A stretch of DNA of 24,000 nucleotides from Rickettsiales bacterium (GTDB taxonomy: Bacteria > Pseudomonadota > Alphaproteobacteria > Rickettsiales > UBA3002), in contig JBMOIY010000019.1 of NCBI GenBank assembly GCA_049317085.1, positions 2,161 through 26,160 of the forward strand, read 5' to 3'. The translations under genes and the position numbers were made by a program. This document shows positions 22,226 to 24,000 of this stretch, in pieces. Position 1 is the stretch's first letter. Every line of letters begins with the position of its first letter. The notes under the pieces were generated by a model, which was not told the origin of the DNA, ran no database searches, and saw nothing but the letters and a program-made list of their open reading frames with translations.

Positions 22226-22956
22226 CTCGCAGCCTCCAGCATCGGCAACAATGCATGGCCGACGGCTACCCGCTCATCGAACACGAAGCAACTGCCCCGC
22301 CACAGCGAATCAGCGGTCGGAACCTGCTCCAGATACGCAAGGATGCCGCCATGCAAATGATGCACGTCCTTGAAGCCAAGCGCGACGAGGTACGACGAAT
22401 ATTTCTCACAGCGAATCCCGCCCGTACAATACATCGCGACACTGGTGTTGGCGCTGACGCTGAGGTTCTGCGCCGTCCATGCCACCATCTGCTTGAAGTT
22501 GCGCGTCGCCGGGTTCACCGCGCCCTCGAAATGCCCCATCACGTATTCATAATCGTTGCGCGTATCGATGGTGATGACATCCGCCCGGGTGATGAGCGCG
22601 TTCCAGTCCTTCGGCGCCACATAACTGCCCACGCATTGCGCCGGGAAGGTGGGCACGCCCATCGAGATCAGCTCGCGCTTCACTTTCACCTTGCTACGCT
22701 TGAACGGCTGCGCGCCGAAATAACTTTCGCGGAAGGTCGGCGTGGTAAAGGCGATGCGCGATTGCAGGAACGCCATCAAGGATTCAATTGCATCGGTCGC
22801 GCCCGAGATGGTCGCGTTGATGCCCTCACTGGCTAGCGTGATCGTGCCGCGAATACCGAGCGCCTGCATGCGTTCCAATATCGGGGCGCGCAACGCTTTC
22901 GGGTCAGCAAGGCCGACGAAGCTATAGAAGGTGGAAATGGTCAGAGGCGCGCTCAT
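22222..22956 (-). CDS. trhO: Rhodanese-domain protein of the UPF0176/YceA family (tRNA uridine(34) hydroxylase TrhO)
   Basis: 244 aa. ...TFYSFV.L.....LRAPILERMQALGIRGTITLASEGINATISG... then IDTRNDYEY..GHFEGAVNP......F and the active-site loop MYCTGGIRCEK. Confidence 0.8.
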   Translation of the reverse strand: MSAPLTISTFYSFVGLADPKALRAPILERMQALGIRGTITLASEGINATISGATDAIESLMAFLQSRIAFTTPTFRESYFGAQPFKRSKVKVKRELISMGVPTFPAQCVGSYVAPKDWNALITRADVITIDTRNDYEYVMGHFEGAVNPATRNFKQMVAWTAQNLSVSANTSVAMYCTGGIRCEKYSSYLVALGFKDVHHLHGGILAYLEQVPTADSLWRGSCFVFDERVAVGHALLPMLEAAR

Positions 22957-22989
22957 GGCGCGGGTCGTAGCAAAAATCGTTGGGAATGT

Positions 22990-23997
22990 CTAGAGCGTGG
23001 CGTGCGCAGCCACTTCCGGCACCACACGAGAGACTTGTGTGGCCGCATGGATCTGCTGGCCCGGCGCTGGCACTTCCGGCGAAACGGGCGCTGCCGCAGC
23101 AACCGGGCTGGCGGGAGGCATGTTCGCCGCCATCTGCCTCAACCGCTCGATGCGTGTCTCGGTCGAGGGGTAACCGGACTGGATTTTGCGGTACAGTTTG
23201 TACAAGCTAGGACGTCCGCGGCCCTCCTCCAGCTTGCCGAGAGCCAAAATCAAGCCCTCCGGGTCACCCGAGATCATGGCGCCTTTGCGGTCAGCGTCCA
23301 GTTCCGTCGGCCGCACGCTCACCTGGTTCGCCGCAATCAACCCGAGGCTACCACCCACCAACATATAGATCACGGAATCCAGCGGCGAGAGATGTTTCCC
23401 CCCCTTACCCGTGATGAATTGCAATACCTTCTTGAGACGACCCGTCTCCATTTTATCATAAGGAATATAAGCGCCGATACCGCCGCGATGCGCCATGCGA
23501 TCTGCCGCGATCACCGCACCACCACCGAGCAATCCAATCGCCAAGGCCCGCGATTTCGTATGATTGCTTACTTCATGCCCAAGCTCATGCCCCAGCACCG
23601 CCCGCACCTCACGCAGATCGAGGCGCTTGAGCAGCCCGGTCGTCAGCACGACCGCATTCTCATGGGTCAGCGACGCCGCATTCATCATCGGGCTTTCCGC
23701 AAGAATCAGCTGCGGCACGCGCGTGTGGCCTGCCCGCTGGCAGAGCGTCCGCCATTCCTGATGCAGTTCCGGATGCGTCTGCGCGGTGATTTCCTTACCG
23801 CGTTTCATACCCATCTTGCCAAGCTCGCTCAGCAGATGCATATCGAGGTCGCCATTGCCCATCGGCACCCGCGGAATGAAGCGTGGGTCGATATTCGGGC
23901 TGCTGGCAAGCCCATAATCCCCTGAAAAATCCCGGTGACCGAACATGCCACTCAGTTTTTCCCACGCCGAGGACACAGCATCCTGCACCGCGCTCAT
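22990..23997 (-). CDS. M48-family zinc metallopeptidase (HtpX-like)
   Basis: 335 aa. HELGHEVSNH (HExxH) is followed by two hydrophobic segments (LAIGLLGGGAVIAA, VIYMLVGGSLGLIAA) and ...ELDADRKGA. The first ATG is only 3 nt from the right edge with no upstream stop visible, so the true start may lie outside the window. Confidence 0.7.
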   Translation of the reverse strand: MSAVQDAVSSAWEKLSGMFGHRDFSGDYGLASSPNIDPRFIPRVPMGNGDLDMHLLSELGKMGMKRGKEITAQTHPELHQEWRTLCQRAGHTRVPQLILAESPMMNAASLTHENAVVLTTGLLKRLDLREVRAVLGHELGHEVSNHTKSRALAIGLLGGGAVIAADRMAHRGGIGAYIPYDKMETGRLKKVLQFITGKGGKHLSPLDSVIYMLVGGSLGLIAANQVSVRPTELDADRKGAMISGDPEGLILALGKLEEGRGRPSLYKLYRKIQSGYPSTETRIERLRQMAANMPPASPVAAAAPVSPEVPAPGQQIHAATQVSRVVPEVAAHATL

Positions 23998-24000
23998 AAA

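Noticed and set aside
22255-22836. 193-aa plus-strand ORF opposite trhO
   Set aside because: It is an antisense shadow in GC-rich DNA. The minus frame carries the rhodanese CTGGIRCEK active-site loop.
23002-23925. 307-aa plus-strand ORF opposite the M48 peptidase gene
   Set aside because: It is an antisense shadow ORF, extremely Arg/His-rich. The minus frame has the HExxH motif and TM segments.

Overview
The window looks like an alphaproteobacterial-type chromosome segment, judged by gene content only, with two compositionally different halves.

**Left half (1 to ~9.6 kb).** GC is lower; spot counts of 60-nt lines gave 33-57%. On the minus strand it carries a KdpE-like response regulator (partial), a short KdpD-like histidine kinase, ExoD, an amphi-Trp small protein with a 70-aa partner, and a BI-1/YccA protein. 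A long, tightly packed plus-strand array follows:
- four small proteins, the last a TFIIB-type zinc ribbon
- TerC
- a ferritin-like protein
- a TerB-like DUF533 protein
- DctA
- a one-domain voltage-gated cation channel with the pore sequence TLEGWAD

**Junction (~9.6-10.4 kb).** This stretch is AT-rich and essentially non-coding. It holds a decayed DUF4143-type ATPase gene fragment, five same-strand (A/G)TGCAC motifs of which four are phased exactly 21 bp apart (DnaA-box-like or iteron-like), a palindrome and a T/A-rich stretch.

**Right half (~10.4-24 kb).** GC is higher; spot counts gave 53-67%. It carries:
- a membrane PAS-like protein
- an ABC-F ATPase (Uup-like)
- two proteins with Pro/Ala-rich linkers
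- a minus-strand operon of a zinc-ribbon SAM methyltransferase, a DegT-family aminotransferase and a TPR + GT41 (OGT/SPINDLY/FlmG-like) glycosyltransferase
- a divergently transcribed 580-aa Rieske + metallo-beta-lactamase-fold protein
- a higBA toxin-antitoxin pair
- tRNA-Phe(GAA)
- yacG, trhO and an M48 peptidase

**Most interesting candidate.** The 580-aa protein has the architecture and sequence blocks of animal CMP-Neu5Ac hydroxylase (CMAH). Its pairing with the glycosylation operon suggests an uncharacterised nucleotide-sugar tailoring and protein-glycosylation module.

All functional calls come from reading the translated ORFs by eye and from recalled family signatures. No database search was run.
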